NCBI GenBank assembly: GCA_030704615.1
Contig: CM060733.1
Span: forward strand, 17,236,001 to 17,300,000
Reading direction: 5' to 3'
DNA length: 64,000 bases
Origin: Takakia lepidozioides
Lineage: Eukaryota > Plantae > Bryophyta
Each line of letters begins with the position of its first letter. Position 1 is the first letter of the stretch. The notes beneath the pieces were generated by a model. That model was given only the letters and a program-made list of their open reading frames with translations, searched no databases and was not told where the DNA came from. Of the stretch, positions 47,341 to 61,350 are shown in pieces. The position numbers and the translations under genes were made by a program.

Positions 47341-50188
47341 CTGGAAGAACTCCACACTGTCAGTGTCAGCTACTAGCACCAAGGCAAGGATGTATGCCTG
47401 ATTTGTACACATGCAGGGATAGGTGAAGTACCAGGGATAGAGTGTGGGTCCAGATTCATCCAAGAGGGCCGGATTTCAAACACAAGATTACTTCTGATTC
47501 CCCATGGATCAATAGCTATAAGAAACCTCCATGGGTAGATGGTCAACTGGAAACAGCAGCGGCAGCAGCACAATTGATAGAACCAGGCACCGCTAACAAA
47601 GGCACATTCTTCAACACATTTCAGCCTGTTTTCCCTGTTATCAGAGTCGTCCCTAAATTTTCATGTTGAATTAGGCAAGTTAGCTTGTTGGTGGATCTAT
47701 GGTGGTTTTGGAGTGATTTTGACATGTTACTGCCAATGTGGTAACAGGAAAGTATCAAAAAACAGATAACAAAGACGAGGAGAAGCTCTAAAATGAACAC
47801 GTTTCCGACCCAAGTCAATGGTGGAACAATCGAGGCAAAAAGGTGAATGCCTCTTGGAAGCAGACGCAAGTCAGCATAAGAACCGTGTGATAAGTATGTT
47901 TGCTGGAAGAATCTAGGCTGTCATTGCTAGCTGCTAGCAATAAGGCAAGATGTATGCATGATTTGTGCAGAGGCATGGATAGCTGAAGGAACAGGCATAG
48001 AGTGTGGGTCCAGATTCATCCAAGAGGGCCGGATTTCAAGCTCCAGATTACCTATCATTCCCTGTGGAAGGATAGCTACAAGAAACCTGCATGGGTAGAT
48101 GGTCAACTGGAAGCCGCAGCAACGATGCTCCTTCACTTAACTTGCCCACCAGATTCCAAGCTACTCATGCAAGAGACAAAGCTAAGTATCTGAATCTGCT
48201 GAATTGTTTCCTTGGTTTATAGGGGGTAGGGCAAAGAATCATAGGTAGTTTTGTGCTTGAAATGCAGCCCTCTTGCATGAATCTGAACCCACATTCCATC
48301 CCTGCTCCTTCAACTATTCCTGCCAAGAGAAAGGGAGGGGAGGGCGCGGCAGGGAGAGGGAGAGGGACAGGGGGAGGGTAGCTAGTGGTGTGCTCACTAT
48401 TTGGGGGGGTGGCTGGCAGGTTGCTCACGAGCTGGAACAAGCAGGCTGCCGCCGCCGCAGCCAGCCAGCAGCGAGCTCCCGCATTTGGTGAGTATTCAGC
48501 GATGCTCCCACACTAACATACATGTTGACGAGGCAGGCGTTGCATTAAAAAATGTCTGGCTTAAATCCAGTTTGGATAAGGTGAACGTGCACCTGCCCAC
48601 CAGCTTCCACGCTTTTTCATCTTTATGCTAAAATGTCTCATCGGTTTAATTAAAGGGGGCAGGGCAGCGAATCGACATATTACGTAGCTTTGTGCTTCAA
48701 ATCCAGCTCTGTCGGACGAATCTGAACCCACACTAGTCCACCCCTGCTCCTTCAGTTATCCATGCCAAGAGAGAGAGGGAGAGAGAGTGCAGGGCAGGGC
48801 AGGGCATGGAGAGGGAAATCCATAGATTCATATGTCGTTCAGAGAAGGAGTGAATTTTAAATAAAGCCACTGTGAGGGCAACATGAGGGCAACATGTGAG
48901 GGCAACATGTATGTTATGCTGCCCCCCTTAGACTATTTTGAGGAGCCTGATTTTGGGACTGTACTGCAATTTTGTAAATCTGAGTGACAGTTGTTTAAGA
49001 CAATATCTTGTTACTTTGCTTCTATCTACAGTGCCTATATAGTGTCCTTTGCACTTTGTCAAACTGTTGTTTAAGGAGCTAGATTTTGGGACTCTTGTGC
49101 TATTTTGTAAATTTGAATGGCAGTTGTTTAAGACAAGACACTTTGGTGAAAGCATTACTTGAAAGAGAACTGCAGCAGTCATGCTAATAAGCTTCATCTG
49201 TCTACTGGATTATGTCCCAAGGGAATGGGGGAATGTGTACACTTCCTTTTGAAAATCTCTCACCTTAGCTCTCTGTATGAAGAGGGGTGATGTTGGAGGT
49301 TACGCTGCTCCTGTGAATTCTGACGCGGTCAGAAGGTCACTCGAGCAAGGTCACATTCCTCTTGTATATCGTTATCTGTAGTGAAGAGAAAATACTGACA
49401 TTGACATCGCCCCAATCCTGTTAAACTACATCCAATCAATCAAATTGAGACAGGAAGAACATCTACACCGCTTTTGAGTCAGACACCCAATGCAGTACTT
49501 CATGTGCACTGCTTTACACAAGAAAGTTGAAACCTTCCTCGCCTCCACAGGGTGCCTTTCTATCACATGTTGAATGTGACTTGAGAAAGTATTGTGGATG
49601 TCAGTCGGACTGGATTTGAATGAATAGGATGTTGTCATGAGTACAACATGTTTGAGTACATGACAGTACCTTTCTACCAAAGGTCAATGCCAGATCACAA
49701 CCTGACTTAGTTTACAACTTGCCAACATATCCGTCACAAGCAGTTCCTACTCCATAACAGTCCACTATCTGCATTGTGGAAATAGCCACAATGAAGAGCA
49801 CTGCTGAAGCAAATCAGAGTCCTAAGTCCTAACCCCATCTGTCCAGGATCAACCCAAGTAATTTCTAGGGCCTAGGTGTCCATGATGAGAGCAAAGCCAG
49901 TTTCAACTAATAAGACTGATTCCCATGGTTACTGTCTTGCAGTGAGGCAGCAATTGTAGTTTGCTGCAATGAATTACTTCACTATGAGCTTGGTCAGGAG
50001 TTGCATCTGCCTATCGAAATTTTGAGAGGCTTTATGGCTACATCATCTGTTAGGGTCAAATGGATGGAGTTGTGTGACATGATACATCGTGAACCTACTT
50101 GCAGCGGTGTATATGCAACACTGCTTTGCCAGCCCACTGCAGCCAAATCTAAGGTCTAGTTCAGAGTAGAGAATCAAGCATCCATGTC

Positions 50189-53020
50189 CTAATGCACTCC
50201 CAGATAAACAGATTCCTGTTCGTTGAGGTGCTGCAGCAATTCCAAGGCCTTGCGTTTGGCCCGCAGGGTCCCTGTCTGCAACAGTTCATTCAGTGGGACG
50301 GCAGCACCCAGGTGCCGGGCTGTGGCGGCATATGTGCTACTGCATTGACACAGTGCCAGTAACACGGAGGCACCATTCTCTTTGTTCCGTAGGGAACCAT
50401 TTCGTATTAGCTCTAGCAATACAGGGATAGCACATGCACGACCAATGGCTGTACGCCCATCAGGATGAGTCGCCAGAACCGCTAATATGGCCAATGCCTC
50501 ATCCACCATGCCTGCCCTTGAATCCAGCAGCAGCTCCATCAGTGGTGTCACAATACCCGTGCGAATTGCACGGGCCTTGTTGCCTTGGTAGATGCACAAT
50601 GCAAAAAGAGCAGTAGCCGCATCCTTCTTCCCCCGGGATGTACCTTCCTGCAGCAGTGCCACCAGTGCAGGAATGGCACCCGCAGCCCCAATAATAACCT
50701 TGTTCTCATCCACAGCAGATAGGCTGAAAAGTGTGGCAGCCGCATTCTCACGAGCTTCCATACTGCCCTGCTTGAGCACATGAACAACGGGATGGATAGC
50801 ACCTGCATCCACAATGGCACGTTTGTTGCTGTCAAGAATGGACAAATTCAGCAGTGCCGTCACAGCATGCTCCTGCGTCTTCATGTCGTGTGTAAACAGT
50901 AAGCCCACCAACAGTGGAATGGCTCCACGCTCAGCTAAGTACATCCGATTCTCAGTGCTCACCTTAGCCAGCAGCCGCAGCTCACCTGCAGCCTTGCACT
51001 GTACCTCCGCCTGCTCACTGTGCAACTTGAGTAGCAACGACTCCACCAAAGCATTGTCACCATATGCAACCCCTCCCTCTGCCCCACTACTGCCAAGCTT
51101 CCCGCCTCCACCTGACCCTGGCCGCTTGGGTGCCTCCATGCCATTTGCCTCACACCATTGCGCAATGAGACTACGCAAAACATAATTGGGGGTAAGGACA
51201 AGGTGTGAGAGCACCTGCTGCGTTTTCGGACACGTTCGGTTGTTTGCATGTAACCACCTTTGAATGCATGTACGCTCATACGTCTGCATATGCCACACAA
51301 GCCAACATCCATAAAACTAACTCATGTTTGAAATCTTGAAGCAGTCCAGCACAATAAATCTCAGCAAATGGCATATTAGAGAGTGTACACACGGTGCACT
51401 TGTCAGAATGCATCCGGAGAAGAGAGACAGTACCTGGCCTGTAGCCACAATCACAGGGTCCTTCATAAGCTCCAGGGAAATGGGGCACTTGAAATCATCA
51501 GGGGGAAGAGGACCAGCCATGCGAACAGAAAACTGTGGTTCTGTCGAACAAGATGCTTTGCCAGCACGCCATGTAGAAAAGACAGATTCAGGCTCTTTCT
51601 CATCCTCTATAGCCTTGAGGTGAATTTTGCTGAGTACTTGCATCATATTATCAACATTGTCTTTCAGTGTAGTGCCTTGCCCTGCCATTTCCTTCCTATA
51701 ATCCAAAGCTTTCCATTCCTGTTTCCACGCTGTTTCTGTTTGTAACCGCAGCTTCTCAGCAGCATCCTCGAGAAGAGTTCTCGGCAGTGGCAGCTTCTCT
51801 GCCTCATGTTTGAGGAGAGAGTGTATGGCTGCGTACAGTTGCTCATCTGGCACCTCCCCTCGAGACTTGGCGCGCTTCACTTGCACACGCACAAGCTCCA
51901 CCTGCCACACTTGGAAGTCAGCCAACTAACAACCATATGCATGTCACTCAAACATCTTGCACGGTAAGAGACAAGGCACAATAGGTCAGACATTGGCACA
52001 ACCACTTTCAAGTGGTAGCCAAAATCCCCTCCAAGCTGTCAAATTTCAAACACCATGGATAAGTATGACCGCAGCAGATCAGGACCAACTCTTCAAAATC
52101 CAACCTACTGACTGCCTACCAACAACTTTGAATAAGAAAACTATCAAAGAGAGAGTGTTACAGAACCTGTGACAAGCTCAGAGAATGAATGGCACTTCAT
52201 ATCAGAAGTGGTATGGGCAAACAAAAAAGCAGTGTCTTCTGTAGAATCAACGATGAAGGGGTACCTGTTCATATACTTCATCAGAAACATCCAGGACCTC
52301 TAGCGAGAGGAGATCCAAGGCTTTGCTCAGGTCTGCTGTCAGCTGCCGGAACTGCACGCTCATCTTCTCCCTGTTCATCACCTGCATGAACCACTCATAC
52401 TCGTTCTATTACCCTCTTTATGTTATGTGACACCAGGCTTCAACCAGTATTGTCTGCATCTAATACCAATAGACTATATCGATGGTCTGTTTGCGAAGCT
52501 CCAGACGAGACACATAGAAGAAAGACCTACAACATCGGAGCACAGAAGGCCAGGAGACAAACACATGAACGAACAAACCAGACAAGCTCCAAACATAATA
52601 CTTGGGCTACACAATTTTTCTCCATATAAGTTCACGCACTTGACACATACCCCCACACGGTTCCCATATCACCACCATAACTCACGATCAGACTGCCCAC
52701 ACATGCGGAGAAGACCCGCACAGACAACAAACTTGACCTTAACTTACCAACCAAAACTGACTGCCATCCCTGCACTCTTCCAGCACCTTCTTGGCTCTGA
52801 GAAAAACAGCTTCCAAAGCCCTGAAGGATGGGACAGCTGCTATGGAAACTAGGGTTCCAGAATCTCGAAGCTCCTCAAACAGGGGAGCCAATAACTTAAT
52901 GCGTCGTGTGAGATGGCCACACTCTTTACGATAGCTGCGCACCACATCCCCAATGGCGCCCACCTCCACGATCACCTCCACCACGGCCTGCACCAGCGCC
53001 TGACTTGTATTTCGCTCCAT
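50189..53020 (-). CDS. Plant U-box/ARM-repeat E3 ubiquitin ligase (UND + U-box + ARM; PUB13-like), 4 exons, 650 aa
   Basis: Exons 53020-52748, 52381-52265, 51901-51434, 51283-50189 with GT-AG phase-0 introns. U-box PDDFKCPISLELMKDPVIVATGQ|TYER...TCPKT. ARM repeats QEHAVTALLNLS, ARENAAATLFSLS, GKKDAATALF. Confidence 0.96.
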
Positions 53021-54439
53021 CACTATCAGGTCAGTGTAGCTCCCCAAAATCCTACGAGTGACAGTTCTAATCTGTTCGCACTCAGCCTCAGTTGCCAACA
53101 ACAATCACCTGCCTCTAGCATCACTGCTATGCTGAATTTCCACGTACTGGCTCACTCCCTGACCTCCTCGGAAAACAAGACTAAACCTTAATTGCATTTG
53201 ATATTTCCTCCTCTCTTCAGAGGACAACCCCCCATAGCAGCCCCTCAGAGTCGCCTTTCGCCTCCGCATAGGTTACCACCATATCACTTCCCTCGCGTAG
53301 ACCGCCCAGCACCTCCCCACTTCTCAAACTATAGCCCTCTCTAATCTGCCAGGTAAAGCGTCCTCCCAACTCACCCTTGAGCAGAAAAATACTAGGTTCA
53401 TAATTTCCCCCGCTCCTTCCTCTCAAGAACACTTCAAAGCACGCCACCACACGAACACAGTATCCTCCACCTACAGCAAAAATACCTCTCCATCAAACCC
53501 CGACCAGGCCCTTGCAGCTTATAACCACTCCTGCCCAACCTCATCCCGGAAGCTCGCACTTTTGAGAGAACTAGTCTTGAAAGACACCGTAAGCGACAAG
53601 ACCTGGCATTAACCTTGATGAGCTCGCAGATCCTGCCATACTTACCTCGAGACGTGAGAGAGAGCGAGAGAGAGGGAGTTCTACAGAGACGACCAACGAA
53701 CACTCCTCATATTTTTCTTCTTTTCTTTTCTCTTATTTGTTTTACTCTTTTTCTCTTCTTCCACTAAACAAATTGCAAAAAAACCGAGGTTATTTTTTCC
53801 TCGTTTTAATTTGATTAAGAGGGCCTCCGTCCCCTTTCTTTAAAAAAACAAAAACAATAAAAACAAAGACAAACTTGCAAGCTTTAAATCCATTATCTGT
53901 TTTTCTCCAGATTATATAATTTATAATAATCTACAACATAATTTTCTTTTTTGGGTGAAATGCAACAACTAGATAATAAGTTAGAATTGATAGAATTGTG
54001 GCGCTGACTGATGAGCGCAGGGCCGGCTGCCCTAAAATAAAATAAAATAAAATAAACGGGCAGCCGGTAGTCCGCCACCTCGTCGCTGCTGTTAGTGCTT
54101 GACTGCCCGCCGGCATTTAACCGACAAGCCGGCTCTTATGTTTATTTCATTTATATATAAGAAATTAAAATTGATAATTAGTGAAAATGGTGCGATAATG
54201 AACGTGTAATGGATGGATGAACTTTGGGTGCCGTTTGCTGCGGGAATGCGTACTACGGTTTTTGTACTTGACCGTTATTTGAGGTTTTTAAATATTATAT
54301 ATAGACCACGTCAGACAACAAAGTCCGAGGGCGGGTGTCATGTCCGGCATGCGCTTTTCACACGTGTCGGACCGTAAACTCCGAGGATAGTGGTAGGCCC
54401 GGCCCGCGATATCTGCCGGCAATTAGGGAGCACCACTTT

Positions 54440-57400
54440 GTTTTATTTTATTGTTAGTTTGAAGTTTTTTCATTTTTATTTTTTTTTCCCAAAAATTATC
54501 TTGCATTTTATTATGTGAGGGGAAAAAATAAATCCCTGTGGGGCCATAAGGCAAACACACCTGACCATGAGGGACGAACCCAGAGTACTTTAATGGAGAG
54601 AAATCCATCCAAGAGGATGATGTGGAAAGCTACTATTAAGAGAGAACAAAAACAGCTAGGAGAGGGCCAAGAGCAAAAGTAGCTTAGAATGCCGACTGGC
54701 CCTGACACGTTCTTACCACTGCTGTTTGAGCAGTGATGGTTGTTTGTTTGAGTTTGGCTTGAAACCGCTCAATAGGGCAGAGTACTTCATTGGCTGGGGA
54801 GGCCCATGCCAATTCAAGTGCTAATTTAAAGGCTGGATGTGGCAACAGGGATGTATTAAGTCTGAACCATCCTTTGCCTCTTTTTGGCAGGTTTGGGAGA
54901 TTGATTTGACAGGAAATGCATGCATGGTCAAACTCTTGGAAAATAGGCTCTTGAGGAAGCATTTATGTCCAGGGGGATAGCCTTGGCAAGAGGTAAAGCC
55001 TGTCAAGCCTTGCCATACAGATATCAGCACCTGCTCTATTGTTTGTCCATGTAAAACACGGATGGCTGCCGGCGGTTCTGGCTTTGGACGGTTCAGACAG
55101 TGAGAAGTTGTTTCTAATTCTTTGCCATGATGTGGCCCCACCATCACCCAGACCCTGGGCAGTAGCCCCCAGCCTGTCTTTTACACTCTCAACCATGTTG
55201 AGGTCACCCATCAGTAACCATTGCTCAACTGAGAGCTCGGCCTCCATTTTTGTGTGTAGGTTTGCCCAGAAAGCTTCCCTCTCGGCTGATGAGTTAGGGG
55301 CGTACAAATTGACAATGCCTATTGTTCCCGCTAAATGGGAAGGATGATAGAGATGAATTGAGCTCTGTCTTGGAACCACATCTCTTCTTTTTGAATCAGG
55401 GCAGCTATTGAGGGAGAAAGAAGGATCGATGTTCCTCCTCTTGATCCTTCTATGGTTGGTTTCCAAAAGCTATGGGTTGTGGGCCAGAGTTGATCCCCCA
55501 AAGATGAGATTTTGGCCAAGTCAAGTTTATGTTCTTGTAACAAGATAATAGTCTCTTGATTTAACAACGGGGAAAGCCAGGTTTTAAGTTTCACCTTTTT
55601 GAGGGAGGACTGAGTAGATCCAATCCCTCTCATATTCCAAGAGTGGATTTTAACCAACATTTAAGGGGAAGGATGGGCCAAGAGTTGGGCTCTTATTTGA
55701 TGGCCTTGAGGATGAGAATGAGAATCTTGTTCTCCTATCCGAAGGAAGTAAGGAACATTCCCATACTAGGGTTTTTGGGAGCTTTTGATGGGGCGACAGG
55801 AGCTGGATGAATAACCCCTTGCCAGGGTATGGGTGGAAGATTCAGGTATAGGTTTGAATTGTTTTGTGCAGGCCATAGAAAATTCTGCTGGAGCCAGACT
55901 GGGGGTTGGCTCCGCAACTAGGCCAATGGAGGCTACGATGGTTTGCATTTGAAGGTTTGACAGTGGCTGAGTTGCTTGGTTCAGATTTGGAGCTAAGTGC
56001 ATAGTTTGGGGACTCCACCAGAGTGATGGCAGGGTTTTGGTTTTCTTCCCCTTTTTGATGACAGGCTTCCTGCATAGCACCATGCATCTCTGCAAATCTG
56101 TAGCTTTCCTAGAGAAAATGAATACAATGAGTGGATTGGGGAGTACATGAGCCTCCATGTTGGCTGGTTGTGCTGGGAGAAAAGACAGCTTGAGGATAGG
56201 TGATGTGTGATTGAGCCTAGCCTTTCCCATGGCAGCTTCTTGCCTCCCCCTTGATTTGACCGCCATCAGGGATTCTTGGGCCAATTCCACCGAGAGAGAC
56301 TGGTCGTGATTCCCTGCATGGTGGATTGCATGCCTTCCTCCGCCTCTAGCAAAGCATAGAGCATTGCAAAACCATTGTGAAGCGTATCCTTTGTTTGAAA
56401 CTGAGCCTGTTGTGTGCACCAGGGATCCGAACTACTCTTCTCACGGACCCAAATGTCACAGAGGGGGGGCACATTAGAGCATAGGTGCTCCACATTTATG
56501 AGGGCCAGAACCTGTGTGGATGGGCCGTCACTCAAGCCAGGGTATGCCTCAATGTAGGAAGCCCAAGAGATTGGAACAGAGCTTGAAAGTGAAAATTGTG
56601 GGAGATGTATATGAAAGTATTCTTCAATTTAGGGCTATCATCTATGGGCTCCTTGATGACGAATTTTCGAATGTCCATTGTTGTGATCCACAGAGATTCC
56701 ATCCCCTCCCTGTCAGGGGATGTGATCAGAATTCTCGGTTCATCTTTGTTGCAGAATATCAGCGGGGTAATGCAAGTGGCTTGGGGTTCCATTGAAGAGA
56801 CCAGCTGAGTGCATCCACGGAGAGAGAGAGTGGGGAAGGTCCACAACCTCAGGCATATATTAGCAATTATAGGGTTAAGTGCAATTCCTATGTTTGCATC
56901 TGGATTTTGAAAGTCAATTGATCTCATATGGGCCTTGGAGTTGGAGGGGACCCCAGTGATTTCATGATTTGGATGTGACATTGCGGGTGTTGTTGGGGTA
57001 TCTTCAGAATCAACAAGAACTGTTGTGGATGTGATGATTGGCCCATGTTGTGGGGATGACTGATCTCATGGGGCCTCCATGATCACTGAATTCCGTTGTA
57101 ACTCCGGTATTGGTGACCACAGAATGCCAGCTGACATCTCCTCGCTGCCATGGATATACTGGAGGGGGGACCTAGTGTTCACTACAGATCTGGAGATGTC
57201 ATTTTCCAGCTCCATTGGGTCATTTGGTCTGCGGTGTTTTTTGGCAGTTGGTGCTGCTGATGATGATGGAATCCCATATAGGGGCCAGCCAGGGCTATCA
57301 CCATAGATACCAGGTGTAGTTTGTTTTAAAGCAGCTGCCTGATCCTGACTAGGCCTTGACTGAGTTGAGGGTACTTTCTCTTTAGAAGAGGCATTCCCCA

Positions 57401-59130
57401 TAGGTGCTTGCATAGTCTGAGTTGAGGGTACTTTCTCCTTAGAAGAGGCATTCCCCAGAGGCGCTTTGGACCTGTTGGTGTAGATGCCGTTTGTTGGTGT
57501 TATTTGATACCTGTGAGAGGTTGTAATCAGCAGTAGAGGCCAATTGGATTGGGGAGTGGCGTTTTCTCTTTCCAGTAGGACAATCTGCTTTCATATGACC
57601 CTGCCTTCCACAGTTGAAACAACATGTACCAGGCGAGTCTTCCATTAGTTTGATGAGAAGAAGTTTCCCTTGTTGTCCATGGGCAGCCTGATGTAGCTTG
57701 GGATTTTGCCCTCATTGCGCATCATAATCACAATTTTGGGCAAACCATTCTCCTTCATTTTGGAAGCAATTGTGACTCTTTTCCATGCTTGTTCTTTTCT
57801 CAAGTTGTCCAGACACATCTTAGGATCAAAAATAGCCAGACAACCCAGGTAGTAACCAAAGGAATTCCCAATGTTTGGGACGAAATATAGGTATTGATCT
57901 GGGATTCCACAGACAGTAATGATCCTTGGGGCCCAAATTTTCTCATTCATGTTACCCATCTGAGGAGACCATGGAAAAATGTTAACATTGAACCCCAGTT
58001 TGTGGGGGTTGAACGTTAGGGCATGATCTGCTGCTGCTTTTGTTTCAAACATTATGGAAAAAAAACCACGACCTTTCGGATGACAAAAATGTTGCTGCAA
58101 ATCGCCCGATCCTCCAAGGTGTGAGGTCACCCAGTCCCTTACATCAGTTCTGTTCTGCTTCTCCCCGGGAAAATGTAGGAGAATACCTCGTTCCTCGCAT
58201 CCAGAGACCTTGTCACAAAGGGAATCAAAATCAATGGCTATCGAGAGCGCCGCTTCTTCCATTTCTGCCTGCGATCTTTCAATATCGCCATCCTCAGACA
58301 ATGCTTCCTCTGGCTCGATAGGCATACTGGAGGCAGTGTGAGGTGGGGGGGACTGATTGGTCAGCTAAAGACACTGCAGCAGTGACCAAGGTATTGACAT
58401 TGTCGTTGTCCATTGGACCTGAAGACACCGCTCCAATGGCTAAGGCACGGACATTGTCCATTCGACCTGTTGCTTGAGCCTGGTGGGCCAGGAAGAAGGC
58501 ATCACCCGATTGCCTCAAATGCCTGGCACGTGGGGGCGCATGCATGCTTGAGCGATTGATTCTGCTCCTGGGTTGCTGCGCGCACCCTTGAACTGAAAAC
58601 TAGGACCCATCTTCGACTGATAAAGAGAGGTTCACTTAATGAATAGAGGGAGATGTGGCTTGCCCAGAGTCTAGAACACGATCTGGAGATAGGCTTGGGG
58701 AGAGACACCCTTGGTATAAAAGGTGGTGGAAGGATGAGAGTAGTGAAAGGCGGTTGTCTGTCTCCTTAGCCTTTAATGAATGATAGCTCCAGTCAAGCCA
58801 AAATATCGGCACTGTGAGAATGGGGGCGCATTGAAGCGAAAGATTTTCTCGAAAAAAACATCAGGATGAAGGTAGATGGATACATGTTTGTGTTTAGATA
58901 GGCTTGGTGAAGATTGATTTGTAGTTGAAAATTTCTGGAGCTCCGTTCATCAGGGGGCTTCTTGCTTTGATGAGCCTAAGTAAAGGATTGCAAGTAGAAG
59001 AGACAGCGAAGACGGTGACGATTAGACAGGAAGGAAAGTGGCTTTGTCTCGCATATCGCTGATCGCTCGACGAGCTTGAGTTACCGTTGCTTCTCTCCCC
59101 TCACCGCAACATGCGGAGCTACATCTCGCC
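54440..59130 (-). mobile_element. L1-type LINE remnant: ORF1 + endonuclease, RT missing (boundaries approximate)
   Basis: ORF1 GRGFFSIMFE..A..AL and CFNCGRQGHMKADC (~57440-58325). APE endonuclease SWNMRG, LLQEHK, NLYAPN, MGDLN, FTW, RLDR, DH (55660-~54900). A-rich 3' end ~54440-54500. Confidence 0.85.
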
Positions 59131-60789
59131 CTCATAAATTGTTATTGCAGCCAATACGTGAAAAACCATGTTCTCAATTCTCTGTTTTAGTGCCCTCTGT
59201 ATTATGAGATATGTGATAAGATAATTTAATGTGATATTCTCTTCAATGTGATATAAATTCGGTGTAGAGGCATATCGCGTCATAATGGAATACAGCCAAG
59301 TGCGTTGGAGATGTAATTTCGAGCAGAAAATTTAGCCTTCAATACGGAGAGCATGACATAATAATAATATAAGTCGGCATAAAACCTCGTCGGTTCGTCG
59401 TTATATCAACAGTCTTTACGCACGTAATAAGCAAGGGGACTACAGACCTCACCCGTGGATCAGTAGTAACTCGTATGCCACTTATTTACAGTACATCCCT
59501 CAAGTCATGTCGTGCGGATCAGCACAACACCAAGCAACCCTTCTACCCCAACCCTTCCAAAAACCTTCCATCTCCTTGTCTGCTATCTGCACGTAGACCT
59601 GGGCCCACTCCTACCGCACCTTGAAATCACCCACCCTACTCGACCCTCAATCCTCCTGCACCCTCTGGTCGTTGCCTGAGCTCCCACTTTGGGCTATACC
59701 TTGCCAAAATCACCTCCGTTCTAGAACCTTCCCTAGCATTCCTTGGCATGGATTCCATGTGGGCCCCGCATGTTATAGCCACTTTGAAGGGGCATGCAAT
59801 AGCCACGCTAGTTGAGTTGAGTCAGCTTGCTAGATGTTGCATGCAATAGCCATGTGCGCCCCACATGCAATAGCCACTTTGGAGGGGCATGCAATGGCCA
59901 TGTGGGCCCAATGCACGCTGCCACTTCTATTCGGACAGCTGCTTAAGCGTCGGCTCGCCTCTAGCTGATTTGATTTTTCGGGCGTTTGGGGCAGATCTGC
60001 TTTTGGTTCTAATTTTGTCTTATAAAGTACCATTTCATTTTATTTCATTCTTTGTTATGCGGTCTTGTTCAATAAGCTCTTGAGATTACCAGGGATTTAA
60101 TTTTTTTTTCTTCCTCCATGGAATGCTTGGGGCTAGAGGTACAACAACGATCAGAGCTTCTATGTGCGTAAATACCCTTTTTTGTGCAAATTGAATGTAG
60201 TTCTGAGAATTCGTCGCTAGTAGTGCGGAGCAACGCGAAGCCCTAGTAAAGCATTAGTTATTTCCACAATTTTCAGAAAGTGGTAGGTAGTATGGTGGTT
60301 AAGAGCATCGAAATAATGAGCACGAGGTTTGGTTTTCAAATCTTGTCAGGTTGTATTGTGACAATGATATGTGTTATTAATTATATATTTTGTGGAAGGG
60401 TATGTTAGTCCGCTCGAAGGTTGGAGTGAGTCTGCTAGAGGGTTTGCCAGTCCGTTGGAAGGTTGGAGTCAGGCTGCTGGAGGGTTTGGGCTTCCAGTAC
60501 TGCTCGACATAGTCAAAAAATTCATGTCCTTTCGGGTATTTTGACCTCATACGACGGATTCTCCTTGCAACCCACAGAAGCGCTCTTTTCTCGTTGCGTG
60601 GTCCCCCCTCTACAGTACATGAGGTCTCCCATATCCTTCAACAAGTTTACATCGGTCACCGGATCCTTCGTTTGTTGCATGATTTCTTCACCCGTGCCTT
60701 GCGGACATGCCAAAGGCAGAGGAAAATGAGTACTCCTTCAAAAACAATTCTGCACAATACACATGGTACACATTAGAGTCTTGGGATCG

Positions 60790-61340
60790 GACTGCAATGG
60801 TGGACTGCCGGAGTGGACTGTAATAGCGACCTGTATCAGCGGGCAGAGCCACTGGACTCGCCCAGTGGACAATACAATGCCATGACGTTGATGTGTTGGA
60901 ATAACCCCATTGGACTACCCAGTGGACAGTACAATGCCATGACGTTGATGTGCTGGAATAACCCCATTCATGGACTACCCAGTGGACTTCCCCGTTGGAC
61001 TTCCCCCTAGCTAGGACTGGGGCAGCGGACTGCCCCATTGGACTGCCACAGCGGACTGCCGAGTGGACTTGGCAGCGGACGGCCGACCCCAGGGACTGCT
61101 GAGTGGACTTGCCAGCGGACTACCCAGCGGACTTGCCACGGACTGCTGAGTGGACTTCCCAGCGGACTGCCGAGCGGACTTACCGGGGACTGCCAGGGGA
61201 CTGACGAGCGGACTTGATAGCGGACTACCAGTGGATTTGCCCAGCGAACTGCCATCGGGTTTCGCCACAGGAGTCTGCCAATGGATTGTAGCAATGGACT
61301 GCTGCAGTGGACCTCGACAATGGACCGGTGCTGTGGACCA
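60790..61340. repeat. Minisatellite of (C)AG(C/T)GGACT-type ~12-bp units
   Basis: Many agtggact/agcggact units, adjoining a splice donor of the MULE gene; related ggactggc repeats at 62900-63010. Confidence 0.85.
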
Positions 61341-61350
61341 ACAGACTTAC

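Larger units (their letters stand above)
42385..48770. repeat. Dispersed ~200-250 bp module (GGATAGCTGAAGG...GGGCCGGATTTCAA...ACCTGCATGGGTAGATGGTCAACT), multiple copies
   Basis: Copies near 42385, 42710, 45315, 47400 and 47960; inverted partial copies near 48260 and 48700; a piece at ~30148. Confidence 0.8.

Noticed and set aside
53021-53104. N-terminal extension of the PUB gene
   Set aside because: ORF-track start is a non-ATG codon; ATG at 53020 gives a normal UND start.
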